DNA from: Candidatus Hydrogenedentota bacterium
Lineage (GTDB): Bacteria; Hydrogenedentota; Hydrogenedentia; Hydrogenedentales; SLHB01
Assembly: GCA_963668025.2 (NCBI GenBank)
Contig: CAXXTH010000010.1
Coordinates: forward strand, 1,360,456-1,424,455
Reading direction: 5' to 3'
DNA: 64,000 nucleotides
The notes beneath the pieces were generated by a model that was not told where the DNA came from, did not search any database, and was given only the letters and a program-made list of their open reading frames with translations. Every line of letters begins with the position of its first letter. Positions within the stretch are counted from its first letter, which is position 1. Below are positions 1 through 9,948 of the stretch, one piece after another. Made by a program: the position numbers and the translations under genes.

Positions 1-34
1 CCAAACAAAATCTTCCAATCAAACGGTGTTGCAT
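1..34 (-). CDS. 5' end of a probable CDS running off the window (MQHRLIGRFCL...)
   Basis: AAGGAG followed 3 nt later by ATG on the minus strand, just downstream of the co-directional 64..1062 gene; only 11 codons visible. Confidence 0.3.
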   Translation of the reverse strand, partial: MQHRLIGRFCL

Positions 35-63
35 TTGCTCCTTGGATCCGGGGTCTACGCGGC

Positions 64-1062
64 TTATCGCTTGCGGCGTCCAAACCAGAAAGCAGCCAGA
101 ATCGCCACCGCTAGCGCCAGAGCAATGCCGGTGTACAGGTGTATGCCGCCCTCACTAGAATGTGGATCGGTGTCGGTATTCTCCGGCATCTGAAGTGGAC
201 CCTTCATGCCGGAGGGTGGGCCAGGCAAAGCCTCGTTATTGGAGTTGTCGCTGCCACTCTCGGAGACGGCGGACTCGATTGGGTGGCCCGGTTTCCGTTT
301 TCTCGAACTAGCCACAAGTTCATATGCATCCGCATGTGAGATTCCCTCGAGTTCCTTCAGAGCAGTCTGGGCCTCTTCCTCAAAAATGCTTCCAGGAAAA
401 CGGTCGAGCAGCGTGCGATAGGATTTCTCAGCCGCCTCGGGGTTGCCTAGTTGCGCGTAGGACCTAGCCGCGTAAACTAAACTCTCTCGATAGGCAATAT
501 CTATGCCAAACCGGCTTCGCGCTTCCTCCGGTATGGCGTCGTAGTTGGCTTCCAGTTTGGCATTGAGTTCAATGGCATACGACAGTGCGCCTTCGTAGTC
601 GCCCGATTCATAATGGTAACACACGATCATGCGGCCAATGTTGTAGATCTGCAAGTAGTCCGCATTGGTGGGATCGTTCCAGATATTCTCGAAGAGAGCA
701 GTTCTTTCTTTGCTGTACCTATCAAATCCATACGCCACCGCCCGGTGGTACTGGAGTGTCACGATTTCTCCCGTATCCTTACCATACTCGGGCATTTCCT
801 TGAACATTCGATCATAGCATGCCACGGCTCCCTGGTTATCTCCGCGCGCAAGGCACTCGTCGATCTCCCGATAGTAAACCTGTGCCTTCTGTTGTTCAAC
901 TTCTTGCGGTGTAATTGGTAAGATCATGGCAGGTCCCGGGTCCTCCATGGCAGGCGTCTCTTGTCCGGCTCCTTGTCCCGCGATTGCAAAAACGCAGAGG
1001 ATGGCCACTAGCGGGCATCGCAGAAAATCTGGAATGCTTCTTAACAGGTAGCGGATGGACAT
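64..1062 (-). CDS. Secreted TPR-like protein with C-terminal membrane anchor
   Basis: GGGGAG RBS before Met at 1062; hydrophobic signal; TPR-like helices (GDYEGALSYA, GNPEAAEKSYRTLLDRFPGS); low-complexity linker; TM followed by RRKR tail. Confidence 0.75.
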   Translation of the reverse strand: MSIRYLLRSIPDFLRCPLVAILCVFAIAGQGAGQETPAMEDPGPAMILPITPQEVEQQKAQVYYREIDECLARGDNQGAVACYDRMFKEMPEYGKDTGEIVTLQYHRAVAYGFDRYSKERTALFENIWNDPTNADYLQIYNIGRMIVCYHYESGDYEGALSYAIELNAKLEANYDAIPEEARSRFGIDIAYRESLVYAARSYAQLGNPEAAEKSYRTLLDRFPGSIFEEEAQTALKELEGISHADAYELVASSRKRKPGHPIESAVSESGSDNSNNEALPGPPSGMKGPLQMPENTDTDPHSSEGGIHLYTGIALALAVAILAAFWFGRRKR

Positions 1063-1163
1063 GGCTTTTCTCCCCATGTACGGAGACAGGGCAGCATCTG
1101 ATTTCCATATCCCCGTGAGCCCATACCTATAACTACGCACGCTCCATTATCCACGTTATCCGG

Positions 1164-1787
1164 TCAGGATTTGTCTCCGTTCCCATCCGGATCGGTGTTT
1201 TGTGAAAACGTATGAATCTGGGAGAAGACGCCTGTGTGTTCTTTGCTAGAGTTTGCGGCGTTTATACATGACCGAGTATATCCCTGTAAAAAGCATTGTC
1301 CAGGGTAGCAAGTGTCGCACTTCCACTCGAGATCTGCCTGGTATCGTACCTGTTCGGGGCACTCCATAAGGTCGGCCATGGCCTCATATCTGTAGCACTT
1401 ACCCGCCGGGATGGTCATCTGATCCGTCACGGTCCACGTGTGAGTGTCCAAATCTGAGTTTTGGTTGTTCACCTTAGTCTTGGCCTCGTCATCAGCCACA
1501 ACCTTGGCTGGTTTGCCCGCGCTCACTGTTTCTTTGATCGTCCAGATGGCTTCATTACAGGTGTGATTATGCTTCTCGAAGACTTTAATCACGACATTCT
1601 CTTGGACAATTGGAGGATCTCCGACATACCCGGAATCGTATGGCTGCGCCACGACACGGTAGCCTGCGTGACCCACGTGATCGGTACATGAATCGGCATA
1701 GGAGAGTAACATTATTAAAATAAACATACAGAATCCGAGTGCGGCCATTTTGCCCGGTATTATCCTAATGTTTTCGTGATGTTTCAT
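1164..1787 (-). CDS. Cys-rich secreted hypothetical protein
   Basis: Purine-rich RBS before MKHH at 1787; hydrophobic N-terminal segment; 8 Cys in the predicted mature part; no family recognised. Confidence 0.65.
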   Translation of the reverse strand: MKHHENIRIIPGKMAALGFCMFILIMLLSYADSCTDHVGHAGYRVVAQPYDSGYVGDPPIVQENVVIKVFEKHNHTCNEAIWTIKETVSAGKPAKVVADDEAKTKVNNQNSDLDTHTWTVTDQMTIPAGKCYRYEAMADLMECPEQVRYQADLEWKCDTCYPGQCFLQGYTRSCINAANSSKEHTGVFSQIHTFSQNTDPDGNGDKS

Positions 1788-2011
1788 TCTACTCTCCCTT
1801 TCTGCCTTATTCCCTGTCCTTTTCCTGTGGCAGTCTTCCGGATGAAACATATTGCGGCCGCTTTTTTTATCACACGAACTTACAATCTCCAACTGACCAA
1901 CAGGCCGGTGGTCATCCTCGTTGGCAACGAGCGCAACCCCACCACAGACACTAATAGAGGAATACTGCCCTTGTCAAGTGGAAAGACATCGACAGGTATA
2001 TAGGTATAGGC

Positions 2012-2995
2012 TTATTCCAGCGCTTCCGGGTTCACGCAATTCGGCGGCGTATCGCCGTTGAAACGGGCGATGATGTTTTGGGCGGCCATTTCGGCCATGC
2101 GGTTGCGGGTGTCGTGGGTGGCGCTGCCGAGGTGGGGGATGAGGACGGCGTTTGGACACCCAAGCAGGCGTTCATGCACTTCCGGCTCTCGCTCGAAGAC
2201 ATCCAAGCCCGCTGCGAATATCTCGCCCGCATCGAGGGCCTTCGCGAGCGCTTCCTCATCCACCACGGGCCCGCGCGCCGTGTTCACGAGGCAGGCAGTG
2301 CGTTTCATGGCGCGGAATTCCGCCGCGCCGAAGGCGTGGGTGGTTTCGGGGGTGAGGGGGCAATGGATGGAGATGAAATCGGATTCCGCTAGGAGCGTGG
2401 TTTTATCGGCGAACGCCGCGCCTAAGTCTTGCTCTGTCTCCGGCGTGAGCCGGTTGCGGCTTGTGTAGAGGACGCGCATGTTGAAGCCTTTAGCGCGGCG
2501 CGCCACCGCCTGCCCGATGCGGCCCATGCCGAATATGCCTAGTGTTTTACCGTGGATATCCACGCCTAGAAAGAGTTGCGGGCCCCAGCCGCTCCATTGG
2601 CTTGCGCGCAGGAAGCGTTCCGATTCGCCCAAGCGCCGTGCGGCGGCCATCAGGAGCGCCCAGGCCAGATCAGCCGTCGATTCCGTCAGGACTCCTGGGG
2701 TGTTGCTCACGGCGATCCTCCGCGCCGATGCCTCGGCGATGTCGATGTTATTATACCCCACCGCGTAATTGGCGATGATCTTGAGCGGCCTGCCCGCCGC
2801 ATCCATGACGGCGGCGTCGATGCGGTCGGTCAGCAACGGAAGCAACGCGGCCGCGTCTTGGACGAATTCCAGCAACTCATCTGGTTCGATAGGCCTGTCA
2901 TGGGGGAAGACGTGGACGTTCTCCACGCCGAATGCGGCGCGTAGCAATTGGAGTCCTATTTCCGGGATAGCGCGTGTCACGACGATCTTAGGCAT
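2012..2995 (-). CDS. D-2-hydroxyacid dehydrogenase (glyoxylate reductase / D-glycerate or 2-ketogluconate reductase family)
   Basis: AVGYNNID, NTPGVLTE, GMGRIG NAD motif, NTARG, LDVFEREP, PHLGSAT. Confidence 0.93.
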   Translation of the reverse strand: MPKIVVTRAIPEIGLQLLRAAFGVENVHVFPHDRPIEPDELLEFVQDAAALLPLLTDRIDAAVMDAAGRPLKIIANYAVGYNNIDIAEASARRIAVSNTPGVLTESTADLAWALLMAAARRLGESERFLRASQWSGWGPQLFLGVDIHGKTLGIFGMGRIGQAVARRAKGFNMRVLYTSRNRLTPETEQDLGAAFADKTTLLAESDFISIHCPLTPETTHAFGAAEFRAMKRTACLVNTARGPVVDEEALAKALDAGEIFAAGLDVFEREPEVHERLLGCPNAVLIPHLGSATHDTRNRMAEMAAQNIIARFNGDTPPNCVNPEALE

Positions 2996-3006
2996 GCTAT
3001 TCCACC

Positions 3007-3080
3007 CGCGCGAAGCGCGACTCGAAAGTTTCTAGGAAGGGGCCAGGGGAAACCCTCTTTCCAAAGAAGGCCTCCCCTGA
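3007..3080. repeat. GC-rich intergenic hairpins (REP-like or terminator-like)
   Basis: cgcgcgaagcgcg palindrome plus the imperfect stem caggggaaaccctcttt...aaagaaggcctcccctg between gnd and the dehydrogenase. Confidence 0.4.
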
Positions 3081-3089
3081 ATCATAATA

Positions 3090-4541
3090 TCACACTACGT
3101 AGGTCGAGGCCGAGGTCATGCCGCCGCGTCCGGTCCAATTGGTATGGAAGAACTCGCCGCGCGGCTTATCGACGCGCTCATAGGTGTGCGCGCCGAAGTA
3201 GTCGCGCTGGGCCTGGAGCAGGTTGGCGGGCAAGCGCTCCGCGCGATACCCATCGAAATAGGCCAGCGCGGTGCTAAGGGCCGGGGCCGGGATGCCCAGC
3301 TTCACCGCCGTGGTGATGACGCGCCGCCAGGCGGATTGGGCCTTCTCGATGGCGTCCTTGAAGAACGGATCGAGCAGCAGATTCACGAGGCCGGGATCTT
3401 TGTCGAAGGCCTCCTTGATTTTACCCAGGAAGGCCGACCGGATAATGCAGCCGCCGCGCCACATGAGGGCGATGCCGCCGTAGTTCAGGTTCCAGCCGTA
3501 TTCCGCCGCCGCCGAGCGCATGAGCTGGTAGCCTTGGGCATAGGACACGATCTTCGAGGCGTAAAGCGCCTGGCGCAGATCGTTGACGAAGGCCTTCTTG
3601 TCGCCATCGAACGCACAGGTTTGGCCTTTAATGAGTTTCGATGCGGCCACGCGCTCGTCCTTGATGGCCGATAGGCAGCGTGCGAATACGGCTTCGCCGA
3701 TAAGGGTCAACGGCTGGCCTTGGTCGAGGGCGGCGATGGCGGTCCACTTGCCCGTGCCCTTCTGGCCGGCCGTGTCGAGGATAAGGTCCACGACCTCGTT
3801 GCCCTCTTCGTCTTTATATCCCAAGATGTCGCGGGTGATCTCGATGAGGTACGAGTCGAGTTCGCCCTTGTTCCATTCCGCGAATACTTCATGCATTTCA
3901 GCGTTCGACATGCCGAGTCCTTGGCTCATGAGATGGTAGGTCTCACAGATCATCTGCATGTCGCCGTACTCGATGCCATTATGCACCATCTTGACGAAGT
4001 GGCCCGCGCCGCCCTCGCCGACCCAGTCGCAACAGGGGGCGCCGTCGGCGGTCTTGGACGCGATGGCTTGGAAGATGGGCTTCACATGCTCCCATGCGGC
4101 AGGCGAACCGCCGGGCATGATGGACGGCCCGAGCAGCGCGCCTTCCTCGCCGCCCGACACGCCAGTGCCGATGTACAGGAAGCCCTTGCTCTCGACATAT
4201 TGCGCACGGCGGATGGTGTCCGGGAAATGCGAATTGCCGCCGTCAATGATGATGTCGCCTGGTTCGAGGTGGGGGAGAAGCAGTTCGATGAAGTCGTCCA
4301 CCGCCTTACCCGCCTTCACCAGCATCATGACCTTGCGCGGCGTCTTCAAGTTGGCGCACAGCTCTTCGATGCTGTGGCAGCCCAGGATGTTTTTGCCTTT
4401 GCCCCGGCCATTCACGAAATCATCCACTTTCGATACGGTGCGGTTAAAGACCGCCACGGAAAAGCCTTTGCTTTCCGCATTGAGCACTAGATTTTCGCCC
4501 ATGACCGCCAAGCCGATGAGCCCCATGTCCATTTTCGCCAT
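3090..4541 (-). CDS. gndA: 6-phosphogluconate dehydrogenase, decarboxylating (NADP+)
   Basis: [51 protein letters not shown]. Confidence 0.98.
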   Translation of the reverse strand: MAKMDMGLIGLAVMGENLVLNAESKGFSVAVFNRTVSKVDDFVNGRGKGKNILGCHSIEELCANLKTPRKVMMLVKAGKAVDDFIELLLPHLEPGDIIIDGGNSHFPDTIRRAQYVESKGFLYIGTGVSGGEEGALLGPSIMPGGSPAAWEHVKPIFQAIASKTADGAPCCDWVGEGGAGHFVKMVHNGIEYGDMQMICETYHLMSQGLGMSNAEMHEVFAEWNKGELDSYLIEITRDILGYKDEEGNEVVDLILDTAGQKGTGKWTAIAALDQGQPLTLIGEAVFARCLSAIKDERVAASKLIKGQTCAFDGDKKAFVNDLRQALYASKIVSYAQGYQLMRSAAAEYGWNLNYGGIALMWRGGCIIRSAFLGKIKEAFDKDPGLVNLLLDPFFKDAIEKAQSAWRRVITTAVKLGIPAPALSTALAYFDGYRAERLPANLLQAQRDYFGAHTYERVDKPRGEFFHTNWTGRGGMTSASTYVV

Positions 4542-4571
4542 TGGTTAGCTTCTCCTTCTATGTTGATTGTG

Positions 4572-4892
4572 TTATGAATGATTAAGTGTCATATTCGCTT
4601 CTTGCAGCACTTCATAGTACTTTTCAATAATCGCCTGGAATTCCTTTGCCAGCTTGTCCCAGTCCAGCACGTCCACCATGAACGGCAGATTGGACTCCGC
4701 AAACGCGTCCTTCAGTTCCTCTATGCGCCGCCAATCCACCGGCTCCGGCGTGACGAGCGCCAGATCCAAGTCGCTGTAAGGCCGCGCATTGCCCCGTACC
4801 CGCGAACCGAAGGCCCTCACCTCCGCTTCGGGGATGTGCGACGCGAGGAGCCGCTTCACTTCCGCTAGTTCTTCACTAGATAAGTCAATCAT
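4572..4892 (-). CDS. Minimal nucleotidyltransferase (MntA-like antitoxin), copy 1
   Basis: FGSRVRG...SDLDL motif, about 106 aa, start overlaps the end of the upstream HEPN gene. Confidence 0.9.
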   Translation of the reverse strand: MIDLSSEELAEVKRLLASHIPEAEVRAFGSRVRGNARPYSDLDLALVTPEPVDWRRIEELKDAFAESNLPFMVDVLDWDKLAKEFQAIIEKYYEVLQEANMTLNHS

Positions 4893-5304
4893 TCCGTTTT
4901 TCAAGTTCCGCTAGAAGCGCTTGTGCATGAGGCAAAAACTGCTTTGCGTGCTCTAGCGCCACTTCCGCTTGCGCTTCGTCATATGTGTGGGACGTTAAGC
5001 TTCGTGCGTCGCCAAAAGCAAACCATGGCTCGGGATTGGCGATAAGGCCTTGCCTGGCCGACATACGGAACAACTCCTTGCGCGTCCGGGGAAACTCGGC
5101 TTCCGCCAGCGAACCATTCTCGCGCAGCCACCGCTGCATGAACTTCCAGCACTGCTCGTACGCGATCTCGAAGTGCTGGATGATGCCTGCTCGAATCGCT
5201 TCCCGCGCGTCAGCCTCATAGGAGTCACCACGCGTATCCAGTACGTGCAATGAACGATCCAGCGCTTCGATGGTTTTCCGCAAGCTTGTCAGTTCCAGCC
5301 GCAT
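4885..5304 (-). CDS. HEPN-family nucleotidyltransferase substrate-binding protein (HI0074-like), copy 1
   Basis: IQHFEIAYEQCWK and DARSLTSHTY (R-x4-H-x-Y) motifs; adjacent to MNT. Confidence 0.88.
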   Translation of the reverse strand: MRLELTSLRKTIEALDRSLHVLDTRGDSYEADAREAIRAGIIQHFEIAYEQCWKFMQRWLRENGSLAEAEFPRTRKELFRMSARQGLIANPEPWFAFGDARSLTSHTYDEAQAEVALEHAKQFLPHAQALLAELEKRND

Positions 5305-5329
5305 GGTTCACCTCAGTTCATGTCTCACT

Positions 5330-6616
5330 CTATTTCCGCAATGCCTGCAACGTGTACGCCGGGAGTTTTTTATCCGCGAAGATCGGTTTGAACCGCGTGA
5401 AGCGGTGGCGGCCGGCATTGATCGGCGCGCTGATCCAGTCTTCGCCGATGAGCGGTTTTGCATAGCGCACGAAATCATCCGTCACATCGATCTTGCTTGG
5501 CGCAATCCACGACTTCGGGAAAGAACGTTCCGAATTGGCGACTTGTTCGAGAGGCACTTTGTCATACCGCACATTATAAATCACGCCCGGCTCGCGCAAG
5601 ATGGTGGACATCCAGCCATTCTCGCCGGATTGGGCGATCAAGGCGGCCTTCTGGCCTACTTTATATGCTTCATCCAGGTCCACGATGGATGTATACAGCG
5701 CCATGGCGCGTTGATCCGTACCCGAGACTTGTCCGCGCGCCGCACCAGGCACCGGCAGTTTCTTTTCATTCAACAAGTTGACGATTTTCTGCGCGGCGGT
5801 CAGTTTCGTGGCTCCGAAATGGGTGTGGCCGAAGCTATCCTTGATATCGCCTAATTCGCCTATGTCGAAGCCCTCGCTTACGACGAGCATGCACCGGCCA
5901 TCGCGCTTGAGCTGGTCGCTCACGTTGTCGCATAACTCTTCCGCTGTCACGCCCGATTCGGCCATATAGATCTGAAGCGGCATCTCCCGTTTCGGGTCCG
6001 CCAGACGCGCCGCCGCAGGAATGAAGCCGATTTTGCGGCCCATGGCCTGCATGACCAGAACGGGATCGTTGGGGCAAGAACCTGCATTTTCTTCGTTGGC
6101 GGCCTGGACCACGCCCATCCAATACCGCGCCACGCTGCCGTAGCCCGGCGTATGGTCGATGAGCTTGAATTCCGAGTCGCCCACGTCGTTGTCGATGGTC
6201 TTCGGAACGCCGACGCCGATGAGGTCGAGGCCTTGTTCGTGGGCGAGGTTGGCGATTTTATGGGCGGTGTCCATCGAGTCATTGCCGCCGTTATAGAAGA
6301 AATACCCGATGTTATGGGCCTTGAACACCTCGATGACCCGCTGGAAGTCCTCTTGCTGGTCTTTTTTCAACTTGTACCGGCAAGTGCCGATAGAGCCTGC
6401 GGCGGGGGTGTAACGCAGCAGGGCGACTTCTTCTTCATCTTGAGCAGACAGGTCGAGTAATTCTTCCTTCAAGACGCCCTCAATGCCGTGCCATCCCGCG
6501 TAGAGGGTTCCAAAGGTCTCAGGGAACATCTTGCACGCGTCGATGACGCCGCGAAGCGAGCTGTTGATGACGGGGCTAGGCCCGCCAGACTGTGCGACAA
6601 TGACATTCTTTGGCAT
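5330..6616 (-). CDS. pfp: PfkA-family phosphotransferase, PPi-type signature, divergent acceptor site
   Basis: QSGGPSPVIN, GGNDS (Asp at the donor-specificity position), PKTIDND, MGR; AGGAGG RBS before Met at 6616. Confidence 0.85.
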   Translation of the reverse strand: MPKNVIVAQSGGPSPVINSSLRGVIDACKMFPETFGTLYAGWHGIEGVLKEELLDLSAQDEEEVALLRYTPAAGSIGTCRYKLKKDQQEDFQRVIEVFKAHNIGYFFYNGGNDSMDTAHKIANLAHEQGLDLIGVGVPKTIDNDVGDSEFKLIDHTPGYGSVARYWMGVVQAANEENAGSCPNDPVLVMQAMGRKIGFIPAAARLADPKREMPLQIYMAESGVTAEELCDNVSDQLKRDGRCMLVVSEGFDIGELGDIKDSFGHTHFGATKLTAAQKIVNLLNEKKLPVPGAARGQVSGTDQRAMALYTSIVDLDEAYKVGQKAALIAQSGENGWMSTILREPGVIYNVRYDKVPLEQVANSERSFPKSWIAPSKIDVTDDFVRYAKPLIGEDWISAPINAGRHRFTRFKPIFADKKLPAYTLQALRK

Positions 6617-7085
6617 GATGCAATTGTTCCTCCTGTATAGTGCCATTATATCCAAATAGAATGAACCTAAATAATCGGCTTACGCCGATTCAATATGAAT
6701 TCCATAGAGTAGCATAGCCGCAACTAAAGGCCCGGATTGTAGGCCACGAAATACCCTAAATACACGAAAACATTCAATGGAATACTTTGTGACTCTGGCC
6801 ACGCCGTTGTTAATTGCTCATCAGTGTAATCGGTGTCATCAGTGGATCAAAATGTCTTCAAATGCTTGCACAGGAAATCTTTGCAAGAAAAGGTTTTTTG
6901 TAGATAGCAGCCCAACACTGGCGGCGCATGGCGGCATTGAAATACGTGTAGCATGCGCTTTTCTTGTTTAACCAGCTTCTATTAGTTAATAATTTCATAA
7001 AAATCGATTAAATAACAATCATAAATTAACTTATTATACAGCTAGAGTCAACGCTCTAACATTATCTAGGGCCTATTATAAGACA

Positions 7086-8393
7086 TTATGACATACGATT
7101 TCTATAAAAAGGCTTCGGTGCGGGATTGCCTTCTTTTAACCGATAGAGCACTTCTCCCGCGTGTGGCACGAGGAGAAGCCCTTCCTCTTCCTTGTCTTTC
7201 CAGTCATCGGGATGGATGGATGCCGGAGCACGATACCCCAGGTTAATGGCGCGGCATTCCTCTTCGGGTATTCCCGTGGCCAGCGTGACCTGAATCCGGC
7301 ATTTTTCCACGCCGTTTTCCATAGTCCCGATGCCGCGCACGTGGGTCGAATGGGCCAGGATGCCGCCGGGTATGTCGCGAAATCTATCGAGTTGGGACAA
7401 GAAATAGTCGCGGGTATGATAACCGATGCGCTTGATCAGTTTGCCATGAGTCACGCTGATTTCACGAATATGCGGCGCACAAATAATCAGTTCGCCGCCA
7501 TCGGCCACCACGGGCTCGAGCTTGTACATGCATTTGCCCGCCACCCAGATCTCGTCATACATGGCGGGGGCCATGGCGAGCACGCTGGTGTAGGGGCGGT
7601 CTTTGTAGACGACATGCGTCTGTGCCGATAGGTCCGCTGCGGCGTCCCAGGCGTCTTCCGGCGTGCCGTAAAAAATGCCTTTGCAATCCTTGCCCATCAC
7701 ATTCAGGCAAAAGCAGCGTTTCTCGATGGGAATCATGGAGGCGGCTAGGTTGATGACTTCCCGCACGGGCGTGTACTTTGTGCCATTGATGACGGGATTC
7801 GAGATCAGCGCGCCCAACCAGTGAAATAGGTTCAGTATTTCCTCGCCCGCGATGCCGGGGAAAAAATACTTGTTGCCGCCGCTGAAGCCTACGACCTCGT
7901 GGGGAAACACGGGCCCTACAATGCACAGCAAATCGTAATCAAAGATCCGCTTGTTGATCAGCACATCGGCGCGCTGCCGCAGCAATCCGCCGCTGATGTG
8001 TTCGATCTCTTCCTCAGTGACCGTTCCGATATGCCGCAGCATATCCGCATTCTGCCAATCATGATTAAAAATGCCGACATCCGCGTATTTGGTTGCGCGC
8101 TCTTCGGACGATATGCCCACGAGGTGGTTGATGGCCTCATCCGTCATGGGCGGATGTGTGCCCAAGGCCACGAGGCAATCCATTTTCGCCACGCGCCCAT
8201 GGACCGCATCAAACAGCGCTCGAAACATAGCCGCCATGGGCATGCTGCGCGTGCTGTCGGGAATGATGAAGAGGACGCGCTTGCCATTGATGGATTCGTT
8301 TCCCAGCGTTTCTTGCACGAAAGCATGCAAGCCGGACTCTGATAGGAAGCCTTGCGATGCGATCAGTTGCTTAGTTGAGGATGTGGTTTGCAT
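7086..8393 (-). CDS. LarA-family (DUF2088) nickel-pincer hydroxyacid racemase/epimerase, probable mannonate/gluconate epimerase
   Basis: PDSTR, LGTH, PHEVVGFSGGNK, FH motifs; GGAGGAG RBS favours a start at 8393/8396 over 8414; specificity inferred from context. Confidence 0.85.
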   Translation of the reverse strand: MQTTSSTKQLIASQGFLSESGLHAFVQETLGNESINGKRVLFIIPDSTRSMPMAAMFRALFDAVHGRVAKMDCLVALGTHPPMTDEAINHLVGISSEERATKYADVGIFNHDWQNADMLRHIGTVTEEEIEHISGGLLRQRADVLINKRIFDYDLLCIVGPVFPHEVVGFSGGNKYFFPGIAGEEILNLFHWLGALISNPVINGTKYTPVREVINLAASMIPIEKRCFCLNVMGKDCKGIFYGTPEDAWDAAADLSAQTHVVYKDRPYTSVLAMAPAMYDEIWVAGKCMYKLEPVVADGGELIICAPHIREISVTHGKLIKRIGYHTRDYFLSQLDRFRDIPGGILAHSTHVRGIGTMENGVEKCRIQVTLATGIPEEECRAINLGYRAPASIHPDDWKDKEEEGLLLVPHAGEVLYRLKEGNPAPKPFYRNRMS

Positions 8394-8432
8394 CAACTCG
8401 GGTATCTCCTCCATGTGAAAGGCTCGGAATAC

Positions 8433-8578
8433 TCACCACTAAGTCACAAAGACACAAGGAGTTGTGAGAGTTCATTCATCTGCCTCACTCTTTATTTGTG
8501 CAATAATGGTTAAATATTCATATACATACATGATGAAGTCCTTGAGAACCTCTTTGTGTCTTCGTGTCTTGGTGGTGA
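8433..8578. repeat. Pair of ~27-bp imperfect inverted repeats around an AT-rich spacer
   Basis: tcaccactaagtcacaaagacacaagg (8433-8459) versus the reverse complement of 8552-8578, tcaccaccaagacacgaagacacaaag. Confidence 0.75.
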
Positions 8579-8579
8579 A

Positions 8580-9746
8580 TTATCCGGATACTTCCGCAGA
8601 TCTATCGGCAATGCTATATCCCAATCCCGCCAGCGCCCTCTCGATCTCGCTATTCGCAGGCTCCACGAGCGCGCGCGTATTAAAAAACTCGCAGCGCTGG
8701 GGATATTCTTTCCGCAAGCGATCAAAGTATGCGCCGCGCTGTTCCTCGGGCTGCCCAATAATGCCGCGCATGGCCGCATCGTCTTCCACTATATCATAAA
8801 CCGGTTTTACTGCTTGCCGCAGGGCGTCCATAAAGGGAAGTGAACCATCCACGCGCACTTCGGGGCACGCTGGCGCGGGGAGCAAAGGCGCGGGATTCCA
8901 AGTGGGGGGGAGGCCCAGGAATTGGCAGGCGGCCTCGTAAATCTGCCGCGTGCCGTTCACCTTGCCATCGAAGGAGTAGCCCGCGATGTGGGGCGTGCCG
9001 ATGAACACGCGCTTGAGCAGAGCGGCGTTTATACTCGGTTCGCCTTCCCATACATCGAGCACGCAGGCCCGCAAGTGGCCATCATCCAGGGCGTGTATAA
9101 TCGCTTTGCCGTCCGCCACGGGGCCGCGTGAACTGTTCATGAGAATCGCGCCTGGCTTCATTGCTTGAATAAACGATTCGTCCGCCAAATGATAGGTCGC
9201 GTCCGGCCCTTCTTTCTGAATAGGCACATGGAGCGTGACGATATCGCATCCCAGGATCTCTTCAATAGGCCGGTATTTGGTATTGCCAGTCTGGCGCTCG
9301 AGCGGCGGATCGTTGAGGACGCACTTCATGCCTAGCGCAGTGGCCATGGCCAGCACCCGTTTTCCCACATTGCCCACGCCTACGATGCCCAGCGTCATGC
9401 CGTGCAAATCGAATCCGAATCGTTCGCTCAGCGCCAGCAAGGCGCACGCGATATATTGGCCTACGCTGTTCGCGTTGCAGCCCGGCGCGCTCGAGAAAGC
9501 GATGCCGTGTTGTGCGAGATACGCCTTGTCGATGTGGTCTTCTCCAATGGTGGCCGTGGCCACGAAACGGACCTTGGAGCCATCCAAGAGCGCCGCGTTC
9601 ACCTTGGTGATCGAGCGGACCAGCAGTAGTTCCGCGTCGTGGACGGTCTCTGCGGCCATCTTGCGGCCGTGCGCCGTACACACTTCGCCCAGTGGCGCAA
9701 ACGCCTCCCGGACATAGGGGATGTTTTCATCGGCGATAATCAGCAT
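8580..9746 (-). CDS. pdxB: 4-phosphoerythronate dehydrogenase (PdxB-like)
   Basis: ADENIP, LLVRSITKV, ATIGEDHID, APGCNANSV, GVGNVG, PHIAGYS, FDRLRKEYP; AAGGAG RBS before Met at 9746. Confidence 0.92.
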   Translation of the reverse strand: MLIIADENIPYVREAFAPLGEVCTAHGRKMAAETVHDAELLLVRSITKVNAALLDGSKVRFVATATIGEDHIDKAYLAQHGIAFSSAPGCNANSVGQYIACALLALSERFGFDLHGMTLGIVGVGNVGKRVLAMATALGMKCVLNDPPLERQTGNTKYRPIEEILGCDIVTLHVPIQKEGPDATYHLADESFIQAMKPGAILMNSSRGPVADGKAIIHALDDGHLRACVLDVWEGEPSINAALLKRVFIGTPHIAGYSFDGKVNGTRQIYEAACQFLGLPPTWNPAPLLPAPACPEVRVDGSLPFMDALRQAVKPVYDIVEDDAAMRGIIGQPEEQRGAYFDRLRKEYPQRCEFFNTRALVEPANSEIERALAGLGYSIADRSAEVSG

Positions 9747-9763
9747 GGTAGCTCCTTTTTTGG

Positions 9764-9948
9764 ACCACGAATGGACACGAATTTGCACGAATAAAGAAGT
9801 GCATTTCTGGTGCATTAATCAAACTTACAGACAAAATGCTTATGTGTATATAATTATATTTATAGTACATTATTAAATTATTTACTGATGTATTTTCATT
9901 GATTCATATATGTAAAATAATCGTGATCATTGGTGTTTATTCCTGGTT
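9764..9948. repeat. Pair of degenerate inverted repeats built of cacgaat-type units around a very AT-rich spacer
   Basis: accacgaatggacacgaatttgcacga (from 9764) versus the reverse complement of 9921-9948, aaccaggaataaacaccaatgatcacga. Confidence 0.6.

Noticed and set aside
1290-1330. CDTCY as a heme c binding motif
   Set aside because: Not CxxCH; the His ligand is absent
6656-7085. ORF 6777-6971 or an ncRNA in the AT-rich LarA-pfp spacer
   Set aside because: The ORF is antisense to the operon with no RBS or motif; only short hairpins are present and no recognisable RNA family
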